From positions 197-64,196 of the IMG/VR virus record IMGVR_UViG_3300044838_000031: 64,000 bases of DNA. One strand, written 5' to 3'. Positions 9,233 through 17,921 of this stretch are shown here, piece after piece. Positions within the stretch are counted from its first letter, which is position 1. Each line of letters opens with the position of its first letter. Made by a program: the position numbers and the translations under genes. Below the pieces are notes generated by a model, which saw only the letters and a program-made list of their open reading frames with translations, had not been told where the DNA came from and made no database searches. This stretch comes from a virus. Its lineage: Duplodnaviria; Caudoviricetes.

Positions 9233-9805
9233 TCAGAACGGTGGCTGCGCCATGGTGTTAGCGATGGCCTGTTTGGCGTCGGCCGGCATCGCGGCCCACG
9301 CTTTGGGGTCGATACCGGCGGGCGGCTGCACGGGGATCGGCACATTCTGCGGCTGCACGGCTTGAGCGGTGCCGTTTCCGAAGTAGCCTGCGGTCGCAGA
9401 CGTTGGCGGGGTGTAGCTGACGGTGTACTGCTTGGGCCCGTTGAGTCCCGGCCGCGACGGGGCACCATCGCTGGTGTAGGTCACCGACAGTTGGCCACCG
9501 ATCTTCGGCTCGGTCTCGCCGGCTTTGCGAAGGGCGTCGCCGACGGCGCCCTTCATCCAACCGCGAACGTAGAGGGTGCGGGAGCCGTCATCGAATTCGA
9601 TCTCGGGGTTGCGTTCCTCGGTTTGCAGTTCGATGCGTACCTGGGTTTTGCCGGGAATGTCTTGCCCGGTCTCGAAGTCCCGCTGTGGTTCTGGGGGGTG
9701 GACGGCGGTGATGGTTCCGTTGATGGCGGAGCCGATCGTCGGGAATTTGGCGGCTTTGCCCCCGCCGCTGAAGAATCCGGACAGACTTGGTGCTGGTTGT
9801 GACAT
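9233..9805 (-). CDS. putative single-stranded DNA-binding protein
   Basis: AAKFPTIGSAINGTI...QVRIELQT...RTLYVRG OB-fold-like core, Pro-rich tail ending PPF; next to exonuclease. Confidence 0.6.
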   Translation of the reverse strand: MSQPAPSLSGFFSGGGKAAKFPTIGSAINGTITAVHPPEPQRDFETGQDIPGKTQVRIELQTEERNPEIEFDDGSRTLYVRGWMKGAVGDALRKAGETEPKIGGQLSVTYTSDGAPSRPGLNGPKQYTVSYTPPTSATAGYFGNGTAQAVQPQNVPIPVQPPAGIDPKAWAAMPADAKQAIANTMAQPPF

Positions 9806-9865
9806 GATGTTTTCTCCTATTTCAACTGGTTGTTATTGCTGTATTTAATTGTGGGGCTGAGGATG

Positions 9866-10438
9866 TCAGGACGCCTTCCACTGAGTGATGCTGCTGGCAG
9901 TTGACCACATATCTTCGATTGCTTGCCGACCGCGTTTGATGTGCCCGAGATAGTGGTCACCGTCAGCATGTCCGCACGGTCGTCCCATGTAATAGTCGGT
10001 GTCGTGAAACACGTTTATTTCTAAGCACTTTAGGCAGTCATGCCATAGCCCGACTCCAATCGACCACTCGGGATCGTGAAGATCATTATCGGCGTAAAAC
10101 TCGCCAAGTAGCCCGGCGGCGGGATAATCACCGTCAAAAGTGTTATTTAACAAAGAGACTGGGCTAGCTCCGACAATCAGATAATCTCCCTTCCAATGGC
10201 CAGCTAGGCCGGCTTCCACCTTCGGGATCGGGTCAAGGAAATCCCCGCGCGTTACAGCTGGCTTAACTTCAACCAGAAGCGGTCGATCACCATGTATCAG
10301 AAAATCTGGGATGTAACCGTTCGTATCGAACGGTTCGTAGGTGTAGCACCAACCAATGACATCAAAGAATGCGGCCCATCGAGCTTCAAGCCGCGAACGG
10401 TATACATTGCCCCGATACAGGGTCGGGATCGCTTTCAT
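9866..10438 (-). CDS. PD-(D/E)XK endonuclease (YRSRLEARWA family)
   Basis: YRSRLEARWAAFFD...YEP...YIPDF...LVEVKP; lower GC than neighbours. Confidence 0.7.
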   Translation of the reverse strand: MKAIPTLYRGNVYRSRLEARWAAFFDVIGWCYTYEPFDTNGYIPDFLIHGDRPLLVEVKPAVTRGDFLDPIPKVEAGLAGHWKGDYLIVGASPVSLLNNTFDGDYPAAGLLGEFYADNDLHDPEWSIGVGLWHDCLKCLEINVFHDTDYYMGRPCGHADGDHYLGHIKRGRQAIEDMWSTASSITQWKAS

Positions 10439-11178
10439 ATGTCGATGCCTCCGCATTTGAGTGCCGAGTCCGGGTTTGGTGAAAACCACGGGCAGAACAT
10501 ACAATCCGGGCCGGAGCGTGAAAACCACTCGTAGTGATCGGGTTGGTGTTCGACGTCGAAATCGTGGATCAGCGCCGCGGCCTGGTGGCGGCGATAAATG
10601 ATGGCGTCGGCGATGGACTCGTCGTAGGGTTCGGACCACAGGTGCGCGTTGGAGAGGGTGCCGCCGCGGGGAATCAGCATGACCGCGACCACCTCGACGG
10701 AGAGGTTGGCGTTGCGGAATCCTTTGCCGTACAAGTGAACCTGCTGGCGGTAGACCTCGCTCATCTGCTTTTTATAGGCAGTGAATCGGCTGGCACCGGG
10801 CACCTTGTAGTCGATGACTGTTGCGGTGTCCGCATCGTAAAGGTCACACGACCCGGATAGCCAGCTGGTGACATTCACCCGGGTTTCGGTGTGCCAGCGC
10901 TGGCGGCCCAATTGCGTGTTCGCGTACATGGCAGCCGATTCCAGCCACTTGTGTGTCGCGGTCCCGATGATCGCCGGCAGCGGATCAAAGCTAGGGTTGG
11001 GTTTGTCGACTTCCATCAGCCCGTACGCCAGGCGGCGCATGCAGGGGTGCGCGATTTCGGAGGGGCCGAGCGCGCGTTGCAGGTGCCGGGGTGTGGCCTG
11101 GTCGCGGGCGTGGATAATTTCGACGATGTCACGCTTCAATGCCTCGGCGCGGTTGGTGGCGAAAAAGGCTGCAGTCAT
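10435..11178 (-). CDS. Cas4/RecB-like exonuclease
   Basis: LGPSEIAHPC...GTATH...GSCD...VIDYK...QVHLYG...CMFCPW. Confidence 0.85.
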   Translation of the reverse strand: MTAAFFATNRAEALKRDIVEIIHARDQATPRHLQRALGPSEIAHPCMRRLAYGLMEVDKPNPSFDPLPAIIGTATHKWLESAAMYANTQLGRQRWHTETRVNVTSWLSGSCDLYDADTATVIDYKVPGASRFTAYKKQMSEVYRQQVHLYGKGFRNANLSVEVVAVMLIPRGGTLSNAHLWSEPYDESIADAIIYRRHQAAALIHDFDVEHQPDHYEWFSRSGPDCMFCPWFSPNPDSALKCGGIDI

Positions 11179-11459
11179 TAGTCGCACACCTCGAAGCGGC
11201 GCACCTCGGTTGTGGACATGCACTCGGCGGCAGCCTCGGGATACAGACGCTTTAACAGCTGCTGATCCAGCGCGGTTCGCTTCTGCGACTTCCAGGTCAC
11301 CGCAACACCGCCGTCGACGGTGCCCACCATGTCGTCGTCGAGCGCGGACTGCACAGCGGCTTTCGCTTGGTCCTCAAGCTCTTTGATCTCCGCGCGTTTG
11401 TTTTTGCACCACCGCAGAATCTCCACCTGGGCCCGCATGTTACTGATATCTACGGTCAC
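11178..11459 (-). CDS. hypothetical protein resembling the C-terminal part of YqaJ-type proteins
   Basis: Coiled coil then VAVTWKSQKRTALD..LKRLYPE..RRF; GGAG RBS before GTG. Confidence 0.55.
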   Translation of the reverse strand: MTVDISNMRAQVEILRWCKNKRAEIKELEDQAKAAVQSALDDDMVGTVDGGVAVTWKSQKRTALDQQLLKRLYPEAAAECMSTTEVRRFEVCD

Positions 11460-11588
11460 GATGTGTGCTCCTTGCTGTTCCCGTTGGCTGAGGCTTCGGT
11501 TGCACCAGTTGGTAGGGGGGCGCAGCATTTTTTCGGCGTGCTCCGATGGTGACGTCGCTAATCAACTGGGGGATGTCTAGCCGGGCGC

Positions 11589-11793
11589 TCATTTGGTCTC
11601 TTCGCTGTAGACGTTTCCGGAGCAGTTGCCCCAGTCGGTGCGGCCTTCGGCGGTGTCGCCCTCGATGACGGCGGCTTCGTGGCGGAGTTCGGCTGGGGAC
11701 CAGGCTTGTTCGTCGGGCCAGCGGTAGCCGTACAAAAGAGGCTTCGGCGAGGGTGGCGGCAGCAGTGCGCATCCGCGCGGGAAGGGTGCTCAT
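11589..11793 (-). pseudogene. frameshifted paralog of the upstream 110-aa gene
   Basis: MSTLPARMRTAAATLAEAS continues sensibly only in +1 frame after TCTTTTG (LYGYRWPDEQAWSPAELRHEAA...EETK stop). Confidence 0.6.
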
Positions 11794-12122
11794 GCGGGAT
11801 CGCCTTTACGCCAGCCGGATTCGATGAGTTTTCGCGCAGCCGACCTAGCCACTTCCTGATAGGATTCTTTGGCTTTCGACCAGCCCATTGCTGCTCCAGG
11901 CGGCAGGCCCCAGAGTTCGCATGCCAGCTCTTCCACTAACTTCTGACGCTTGGCGTAATCGGCTTTGTTGAACTCTCCAGCGCGATCCAGAAGGCGCTCG
12001 GCCGACCACTTTCTCTCCTCAAAGACATTCTCCCGCAGCTCACGTTCGGTCGCCTCTTCGAGAACGCGTGCCGCGTAGCGCATCCGCTTCGGCAGCGTGG
12101 ACAGATCCGGTTGCTCACTCAT
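11790..12122 (-). CDS. hypothetical protein
   Basis: 110 aa, coupled overlaps at both ends. Confidence 0.6.
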   Translation of the reverse strand: MSEQPDLSTLPKRMRYAARVLEEATERELRENVFEERKWSAERLLDRAGEFNKADYAKRQKLVEELACELWGLPPGAAMGWSKAKESYQEVARSAARKLIESGWRKGDPA

Positions 12123-12349
12123 ATCCGACCTGCCTGGTGACGTTGCCGATCTGGTCGGGATGCCTTTGCCCTGTCCGCGTAGTCGCGCATGATGTAGGCG
12201 GTGACAGCGTGGATGACGTGTTCGGTGTCTTCTTTGCTCGCTCCTGTGATGACCATCAGAGCTTCTGTCGCGAAGTTGAAATTCAGTTCCGCGCGTTCAG
12301 ATGCGAAACGCTCGTCGGGGCCATACCTATCGTTTGATGGCTGCTTCAC
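12119..12349 (-). CDS. hypothetical protein
   Basis: 76 aa, coupled overlaps. Confidence 0.5.
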   Translation of the reverse strand: MKQPSNDRYGPDERFASERAELNFNFATEALMVITGASKEDTEHVIHAVTAYIMRDYADRAKASRPDRQRHQAGRI

Positions 12350-12874
12350 GAGCGGTCTCTGTCGAATGCGGCGAGACGCATAAGGTGCGCGGGTGTGGCG
12401 TGTTCAAAGATCGCCGTAGCTAGCCCGCGTAGGTACGCCATGTCGGCGTCAAACTCGTCCGGGTCTTCGGCTGTGATAAGTGGCTGTTCGGATTGAGGCC
12501 ATGACGGCTGATATGATTGGTGTGGCATGGGAACCACCCCTTCCTGTTGTTGTTTGCCCCGCCCGGTCAACCCCGGCGCGGGGCGCTTTTCCCCTATTTG
12601 TGGTGCAGAAACTGGGTGGGGAACCGTTCCTCGAGGAGTTGGCGGACGCCGACGATTTCGTCGCCGGTCAACACCGGCTCGAACGGTCGGTCGAGGGGTG
12701 CGTATGCGTTGAGGACCGCCGACATCACGGCACAGCACATGCGGAACGGGTTCACCACGGGTCCCCTAGTCTTCGAAGTGTTTGCGGTAGTCGCGTGCTT
12801 CAAGCCGGGCCTGCGCGGCGTGTTCAATGAACGCGAACGCAACCAGCGCGGCCGTAACCAAAGCAATGGTCATG

Positions 12875-13270
12875 TCACCGCTCCTGTCGGCTGTAGTAGC
12901 TCAGCTGTGCGCGGGCGGAGTCTAGTTGGGTGGACACGTTGGCGAGTTCGGTTGCCAGCCTTCGGTTTTCGGCGCGCAGGCGGGCACACTCGGCGCACTC
13001 AGCGCCCGGATCATCGAGGGGTGCCGAGATGTTACGAAAGACGTCAAGCCGACCCTTGGGGCCGGTCGGATTTAGGTGTTGCGGGTCAGCAGGGCTAACG
13101 CAAGCAAGCCCCAGGTCAGAATCTGGAACGTCCTGCTGCTTATCCTCCCTGACAGACGGCTTGCTGAAAGACGAAACCCTTGAGGGGGAGTCCGAATTAT
13201 GCCGTCTGCGAGGCTCGCTGCCGCACCAGCGAAGTATTTTTTTCATCCGAATCGCCTGCTTTCGCACCAT
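12875..13270 (-). CDS. hypothetical protein with C-terminal coiled coil
   Basis: CAECARLRAENRRLATEL; start uncertain. Confidence 0.45.
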   Translation of the reverse strand: MVRKQAIRMKKILRWCGSEPRRRHNSDSPSRVSSFSKPSVREDKQQDVPDSDLGLACVSPADPQHLNPTGPKGRLDVFRNISAPLDDPGAECAECARLRAENRRLATELANVSTQLDSARAQLSYYSRQER

Positions 13271-13542
13271 GGCGCGTCCGCACCGGTCAACCGAACAGAC
13301 ACACCCCCACCCGACGGGCGGGGCGGCACACGATGTCTAGGCGGGCAACCATCAATCTCAGGCACCAACAGGCGGCCACACTTCACACACCGGCGATGCA
13401 CCTGCGCCCGCCACAACTGCTCAGTCGGCCAATGCCGCCGCCGCTCAGCCGCAGCCGCGATACGGGCACCATGCTCGGCGTTCTCCTCAGGGGTTCGTTC
13501 ACGGTGCCGGCGACACGTGCAACCCGGCGCGCACGCAGTCAC
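13243..13542 (-). CDS. Cys-rich hypothetical protein
   Basis: 99 aa, GTGA overlap with HNH stop. Confidence 0.45.
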   Translation of the reverse strand: MTACAPGCTCRRHRERTPEENAEHGARIAAAAERRRHWPTEQLWRAQVHRRCVKCGRLLVPEIDGCPPRHRVPPRPSGGGVSVRLTGADAPWCESRRFG

Positions 13543-13985
13543 GACGCCGCCTTATGTGCGGCGCGATAGTCGCGCTGCCACTGATTCGCACACGCACGAC
13601 AATTCCGCTGAGTGCCGTTCTTTTTGTAGATCGTGTTCTCAGGCGTGTACTCGTGACCATTGACGCAGGAAGCTTGGTCTGCGTGGGATCGTTGGACGTT
13701 CACCCGTGGTGTGACGGGCTCTAGGTGTGCGGGGTTACAACACCGCTTGTTTCGGCAGAGGTGGTCGATCTGGAGGCCGGGCAGGATGGGACCTACGAGT
13801 AGCTCGTAGGACAGGCGGTGCGTGGAACAGACGCGGCCCTGGTAGCCGACGCTTCCGTAGCACTTGCTGCTGACAGCGCCCGTCCAGGTCCAGCAAGTGG
13901 GGTCATCCAGGTCGGAAGCCATGCATAGCTCAAACCGGATCTTCCGTTGCATATTCGGCGGCAACGCGCCAGCATCGGTGCTCAT
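13539..13985 (-). CDS. HNH endonuclease
   Basis: CWTWTG...YG...HRLSYE...IDHLCRNKRCCNPAHLEPVT..N plus GHEYTPEN zinc domain. Confidence 0.9.
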   Translation of the reverse strand: MSTDAGALPPNMQRKIRFELCMASDLDDPTCWTWTGAVSSKCYGSVGYQGRVCSTHRLSYELLVGPILPGLQIDHLCRNKRCCNPAHLEPVTPRVNVQRSHADQASCVNGHEYTPENTIYKKNGTQRNCRACANQWQRDYRAAHKAAS

Positions 13986-14194
13986 GCCGAAGCTTCGAGA
14001 ACCTCAAGCGCGGCGTCCACATCGTGCTGGTAGACGCGGTAACTACGTCCCCCCGGCAGGCGGATGGCGGTGAGTCGGCCGTCTTTGATCCACCGTTGGA
14101 CGGTGCGGGGACTGGTGCCGAGCTGGTCAGCAACCTGAGCGACGGTGAGAGGCTGATTCGTAGGTTTACGATCATAAATATGGTGATCTGCCAT
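13982..14194 (-). CDS. Cro/excisionase-like HTH protein
   Basis: LTVAQVADQLGTSPRTVQRWIKDGRLTAIRLPGGRSYRV; divergent from repressor. Confidence 0.85.
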   Translation of the reverse strand: MADHHIYDRKPTNQPLTVAQVADQLGTSPRTVQRWIKDGRLTAIRLPGGRSYRVYQHDVDAALEVLEASA

Positions 14195-14202
14195 AGCGTC
14201 AG

Positions 14203-14232
14203 AATGTATGGCGAGTTACCATAGTGTGTCAA
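14203..14232 (-). promoter_or_regulatory. SigA-like early lytic promoter
   Basis: TTGACA-18 bp-TACATT, 8 nt before the ATG; overlaps a GCCATA..TATGGC inverted repeat (candidate operator). Confidence 0.7.
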
Positions 14233-14246
14233 GTACGACATACCTA

Positions 14247-14276
14247 TTGGCGCGAATGGCGGTTATGGCTTATCGT
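14247..14276 (+). promoter_or_regulatory. repressor promoter (leaderless transcript)
   Basis: TTGGCG-18 bp-TATCGT, 7 nt before ATG at 14284. Confidence 0.55.
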
Positions 14277-14283
14277 GACGTCT

Positions 14284-14679
14284 ATGACGAGCACACCTAA
14301 CGAGGGGCTAGACCCCGTAAAACAGGGAAACGCGCTCATCGGAGAGCGGGTACATACCCTCATGTGGCGCGGCAGCCGTACCCAAAAGCAGCTCGCCGCG
14401 ATCCTGAACGTCGATCAGGGATCGATCTCAAACCGCTTGCGCGGGAAGACAAACTGGTCGGCCGTGGACGTTTCCGTAGTAGCGCAATGGCTGGGCGTGC
14501 CGGTCACCGACATCATGCCCGAGGTTGAACTAGGGTCGGACCCTCCTGAGCCCGGCGCCGCTGGATATCGCGTCGCCGGGCTTCCGCTCCCCTGGGTGTA
14601 TTCGAAACACCAACCCTTCGGTCAACGGTTTAGGGCGTGGTGGCTGCCGTCGCTGGCACCGGTATATAAGGCGGCGTGA
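14284..14679 (+). CDS. immunity repressor (XRE HTH) with internal attP and C-terminal degron-like tail
   Basis: TQKQLAAILNVDQGSISNRLRGKTNW HTH; LPWVYSKHQPFG is a translated antisense tRNA 3' half; ends VYKAA. Confidence 0.85.
   Translation: MTSTPNEGLDPVKQGNALIGERVHTLMWRGSRTQKQLAAILNVDQGSISNRLRGKTNWSAVDVSVVAQWLGVPVTDIMPEVELGSDPPEPGAAGYRVAGLPLPWVYSKHQPFGQRFRAWWLPSLAPVYKAA
14587..14630 (-). other. attP core resembling the 3' half of tRNA-Asn(GTT)
   Basis: Minus strand CCGTTGACCGAAGGGTT-GGTGT-TTCGAAT-ACACC-CAGGGGAG: anticodon-loop remnant, T-arm hairpin, acceptor 3' strand. Confidence 0.75.
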
Positions 14680-14852
14680 TGAGCGGCGTGAGGTGGCATT
14701 ACTGGCGGGTCAATCCTTGTGAGGTTCATGTTGTGCCGGAGTCTGAACGTACCCAGCATATGCCGTGTGGGTGTCCGTGCGGGGCTGATTTAGATGCGAT
14801 GTCGGATGGTGTTGTGAGGGTGACGCACCGTGAGTTTGGTGGGGCGGCGTGA
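14679..14852 (+). CDS. small Cys/His-rich protein (57 aa)
   Basis: ATG overlaps repressor stop; CGCPCG; ends GGAA. Confidence 0.5.
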   Translation: MSGVRWHYWRVNPCEVHVVPESERTQHMPCGCPCGADLDAMSDGVVRVTHREFGGAA

Positions 14853-14860
14853 TAAGCAGC

Positions 14861-14998
14861 ATGGCGCCTACTGATGTGTGTCGACGGTGCGGTCATACCC
14901 GTGACCGTCATTGGTACAGCGGGTTTGTGTGCATCGAATGCGGCTGCACACGGGGCCGAATCGCAGCAGCGTTCCGGCCTCTGGCCTCAGCAGCGTAG
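14861..14998 (+). CDS. small zinc-finger protein (45 aa)
   Basis: CRRCGH...CIECGC; ends SAA. Confidence 0.5.
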   Translation: MAPTDVCRRCGHTRDRHWYSGFVCIECGCTRGRIAAAFRPLASAA

Positions 14999-15010
14999 GA
15001 GAATAGAAGC

Positions 15011-15301
15011 ATGATTAATCTGCGGATCGGGCGCATAGGCCAGGTGTTCGCGCCAGGTTACGGATGGTGCTTGCGCTGTAAGACGCCGTGGCTATTCGTA
15101 AGCTGGCACGATACCCAATACGGCGCGGACGGTAACGGCTGCCTGCCGTTATGCGAGAAGTGTTGGGGCGAACTCACGCCGGCACAGAGATTGCCGTTCT
15201 ACCGCCAGTTGATTGAGTCCTGGCATGAGCGACCCGGTCGCGGGTTGACGCTCGATGAGGAATGGCCGCTAGTTGAATCTGCTGTGATGAGTGACCACTA
15301 A
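15011..15301 (+). CDS. cassette ORF, zinc-binding hypothetical protein
   Basis: AGGAG RBS; CLRC...CEKC; stop TAA is part of the repeat site. Confidence 0.65.
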   Translation: MINLRIGRIGQVFAPGYGWCLRCKTPWLFVSWHDTQYGADGNGCLPLCEKCWGELTPAQRLPFYRQLIESWHERPGRGLTLDEEWPLVESAVMSDH

Positions 15302-15340
15302 CCTGTTGGTTAACAGTCTGAGTGCTAGAGGATGGAAAGC

Positions 15341-15694
15341 ATGATTGACACACCAAACGAGCCAGCGGCAGGCGCGCGCAACGGACGATGGGTAAAGCTC
15401 GGCCATGTCGGCGTCGACTCCGCTTCCATCGGCATCACCGATCTACTCATGGGCGTCAAAAACTCGGTGTTGAACAACGTCGGCGCCGCCGAGTCGCGCT
15501 ATGCAGTGCCAGGCTCGGAGTTCGCGGGCGACTGGGGCACAGGTATCCGTTTCTGGGCCGGCTTTGGCGATGGTGGTTACGACGTATGGGGCTGGATCGT
15601 CGATTACGGCGACGACGAAGTAGACGAGCGAGTCGCCCAGATCGTCGTCACGATGATCAGCGCCGACGACCTGGACGATTGGCATGCAGGCTGA
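15341..15694 (+). CDS. cassette ORF, DUF4241-like protein
   Basis: LGHVGVDSASIGITD...AGFGDGGYDVW...VAQIVV pattern. Confidence 0.65.
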   Translation: MIDTPNEPAAGARNGRWVKLGHVGVDSASIGITDLLMGVKNSVLNNVGAAESRYAVPGSEFAGDWGTGIRFWAGFGDGGYDVWGWIVDYGDDEVDERVAQIVVTMISADDLDDWHAG

Positions 15695-15751
15695 CAGTTG
15701 GCCCGATTACCGACCACTAACTGTTTGGTTACCGACGGAAAGGATGAGCAC

Positions 15752-15946
15752 ATGAGCGACGCGATCTATCACGAATCGGTGCCGCTGTGCCCGCACATCA
15801 TGGGGTATTTCCGCAATGACATACCGCCCGAAGAACACCAGATCCTCACCGGCGAATGTGAGGAGTGCGGACCCGTCAGCGCGACAGCACCCCATCCTCG
15901 AATCGAGCGGCCTGGTTTCGGCTGCGGCATCAGAGCAGAACTCTAA
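15752..15946 (+). CDS. cassette ORF, Cys-containing hypothetical protein
   Basis: GAAAGGA RBS right after a site; stop lies within the next site. Confidence 0.6.
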   Translation: MSDAIYHESVPLCPHIMGYFRNDIPPEEHQILTGECEECGPVSATAPHPRIERPGFGCGIRAEL

Positions 15947-15978
15947 CCGGCTTGGTTAATGACCTAGAAAGGAAAAAC

Positions 15979-16371
15979 ATGGGAACGATGACATTTTGGG
16001 ATCGGCTCTGGCCGTGGCTGCGCCACCCTCTCGACAATGTGAGCGGGACTATCGCAGTGCGGTGGCTCGATCGGCACGACATGGTCATGGAGTATGCGGA
16101 CAAGTACAACGTCATGCACGCATCGTGGAAATCGTCAGAGCAGAACGAAGATTACGTCGAATACCCCATAAGTTCGGACTCACAGACTACTACCTGGACG
16201 CTGCCCAATCCCGACACCGTGTCTGATGGCTTTCGATTTGCGATTCGGACTCCAAAAGGCGACGAGGCGTGGGTATGCGTCTGGGAAGGCAAGCATGCGT
16301 TCTGGGAACGGGTCAGTATTGATCCCGTAACCAAGGAAGGTGAAACGAAAATGAGGATTGTTAACAGTTGA
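15979..16371 (+). CDS. cassette ORF, hypothetical protein
   Basis: GAAAGGA RBS after a site; ends across half-site GTTAACAG. Confidence 0.6.
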   Translation: MGTMTFWDRLWPWLRHPLDNVSGTIAVRWLDRHDMVMEYADKYNVMHASWKSSEQNEDYVEYPISSDSQTTTWTLPNPDTVSDGFRFAIRTPKGDEAWVCVWEGKHAFWERVSIDPVTKEGETKMRIVNS

Positions 16372-16380
16372 GAGGAAGAC

Positions 16381-16521
16381 ATGCAGGTCGACAAAGCTCT
16401 TGACGAACTCAAGTGGATTCACAAGGGGTTGGAAGACGCCCAGCAATGGCACGACTGGGATGAGGTCGTGCGGCTACGCGGGCGGGTAAGCCACGCGATG
16501 GCACTCCTGAATCCATCGTGA
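16381..16521 (+). CDS. cassette ORF, 46-aa hypothetical protein
   Basis: GAGAGGAAG RBS; MQVDKALDELKWIHKG...; followed by GACCACTAAC left arm. Confidence 0.5.
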   Translation: MQVDKALDELKWIHKGLEDAQQWHDWDEVVRLRGRVSHAMALLNPS

Positions 16522-16538
16522 CCACTAACCGTGGCGTC

Positions 16539-16709
16539 GTGAGCGACGAACATGACCGCCGAGCGCGGGAGTACATCGAGGACGTTCTTAGGATCAACAC
16601 GGAGCACGGGATACGTAACACTGAGGACCAACGCATCATCGAGGCTGCTGTCGCGGATGTCGCTGGCTGGGCGCGGCGACTTCACCAGTTGGCTAAAACA
16701 GAACCCTAA
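16539..16709 (+). CDS. cassette ORF, hypothetical protein
   Basis: Stop lies within the site at 16707; start uncertain. Confidence 0.45.
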   Translation: MSDEHDRRAREYIEDVLRINTEHGIRNTEDQRIIEAAVADVAGWARRLHQLAKTEP

Positions 16710-16751
16710 CCGGCTTAGTTAACGACGAGTCATCGGAAATAGGAGACACAA

Positions 16752-17222
16752 ATGGGCTATGACATGTACATCGTCGACGGCGGCGGAAACGAGATCGACG
16801 AAAGCGGCGATAGCTTCTACCTGCACCGCAACATATGGGGCGGCCAGCGCCTTGCGGACGCCCTAGTCGATGCCGGAATCGGGTACTGGCCGACCGGGCC
16901 GCAGCGCGAATATCCACGCGAGCCGGATGACGCCGAGTGGGGGGACTACAACTACTCACACGAGCTGCCACCAGCCAACCCGGCAGCCACGCAGTATCAG
17001 GCGACGATGTTTCGGCACCTTCAAGACACCCGCGACGAGCGTCCCGGCATCTCGGTCTACAAGCTGTGCGGCTCCAATGACGGCTGGTGGGTGACAAAGG
17101 TTGAGTGCGAGTCGGCGTTGAAGATGTGGGAGCAGGCCGGCAATCCCGAGGTTGACCAGTACGGCGACGTTATCCCGTTTCTCCGCGCGGCATCTAAGCA
17201 CGACGGATTCAGGGTTTGGTGA
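16752..17222 (+). CDS. cassette ORF, hypothetical protein
   Basis: AGGAG RBS; MGYDMY...GFRVW 156 aa; bounded by two sites. Confidence 0.75.
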   Translation: MGYDMYIVDGGGNEIDESGDSFYLHRNIWGGQRLADALVDAGIGYWPTGPQREYPREPDDAEWGDYNYSHELPPANPAATQYQATMFRHLQDTRDERPGISVYKLCGSNDGWWVTKVECESALKMWEQAGNPEVDQYGDVIPFLRAASKHDGFRVW

Positions 17223-17262
17223 CCGTTAATCTCGTAGTGTTAACAGTCTGAGAGAGGACAGC

Positions 17263-17457
17263 ATGAGGTATCTGTACCAGCGGGGACGCGGTGCGAAGCG
17301 TCGAGTCATGCATCTGTGCCGCTTCGATCAGTTCGGAAACGCGACTATGCAGCCGATTTGTGGCCGCAGCAACGGACTGCACTTCGATACAACGTGCAAC
17401 CTTCCGTTAGGTCAGCACTTATGCAAGCGGTGCCGAGCTGACGAGAGGATGAGATGA
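17263..17457 (+). CDS. cassette ORF, small Cys-rich protein
   Basis: GAGAGGA RBS after a site; ICGR...CKRC. Confidence 0.55.
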   Translation: MRYLYQRGRGAKRRVMHLCRFDQFGNATMQPICGRSNGLHFDTTCNLPLGQHLCKRCRADERMR

Positions 17458-17505
17458 GCGACGATCAGAAGTGCGCGGGCTGCGACGGTCCGCTATCCGA
17501 GGAGG

Positions 17506-17709
17506 ATGGCATCACCCCTCGTCATGGACGATGCCAGCCTCCGTGAGTATTACTGCGCGACGTGCAAACCACCAGGTACCGGCTACACGATCAGCGACCT
17601 GCAGCAGATGCGCGATGACGGCCAAGCCGAACGCGCCAAGTACGAGATGTCGCTGCTGGACAAAGGTCGGCCCAGACGTGTACTTCGCGGTCAAAGGTCG
17701 ACCCGATGA
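17506..17709 (+). CDS. cassette ORF, hypothetical protein
   Basis: GAGGAGG RBS; frame assignment uncertain. Confidence 0.4.
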   Translation: MASPLVMDDASLREYYCATCKPPGTGYTISDLQQMRDDGQAERAKYEMSLLDKGRPRRVLRGQRSTR

Positions 17710-17759
17710 CGACCTTTAACCGTATGGGGTTAACGGTTTGAAGCAGAAAGGAGGGCGTA

Positions 17760-17921
17760 ATGCCTGAGCCAGAGTGTGACGGTAAATGTGCTCGCGACGA
17801 ATGCATCTGCCCGGTTGACGACGCCTACGACTGGGTTGACGACGATTCGATGAGTGCAGAAGAGACCATGCGCCGATTCGAAGCGCTCGGACCTGAGGAG
17901 ACTGTAGGACCACCGCCATGA
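17760..17921 (+). CDS. cassette ORF, acidic 53-aa protein
   Basis: GAAAGGAGG RBS after a site; ATGA overlap with next gene. Confidence 0.5.
   Translation: MPEPECDGKCARDECICPVDDAYDWVDDDSMSAEETMRRFEALGPEETVGPPP

Noticed and set aside
14560-14660. Intact tRNA gene
   Set aside because: Only the 3' half is present; no D-arm or 5' acceptor strand.
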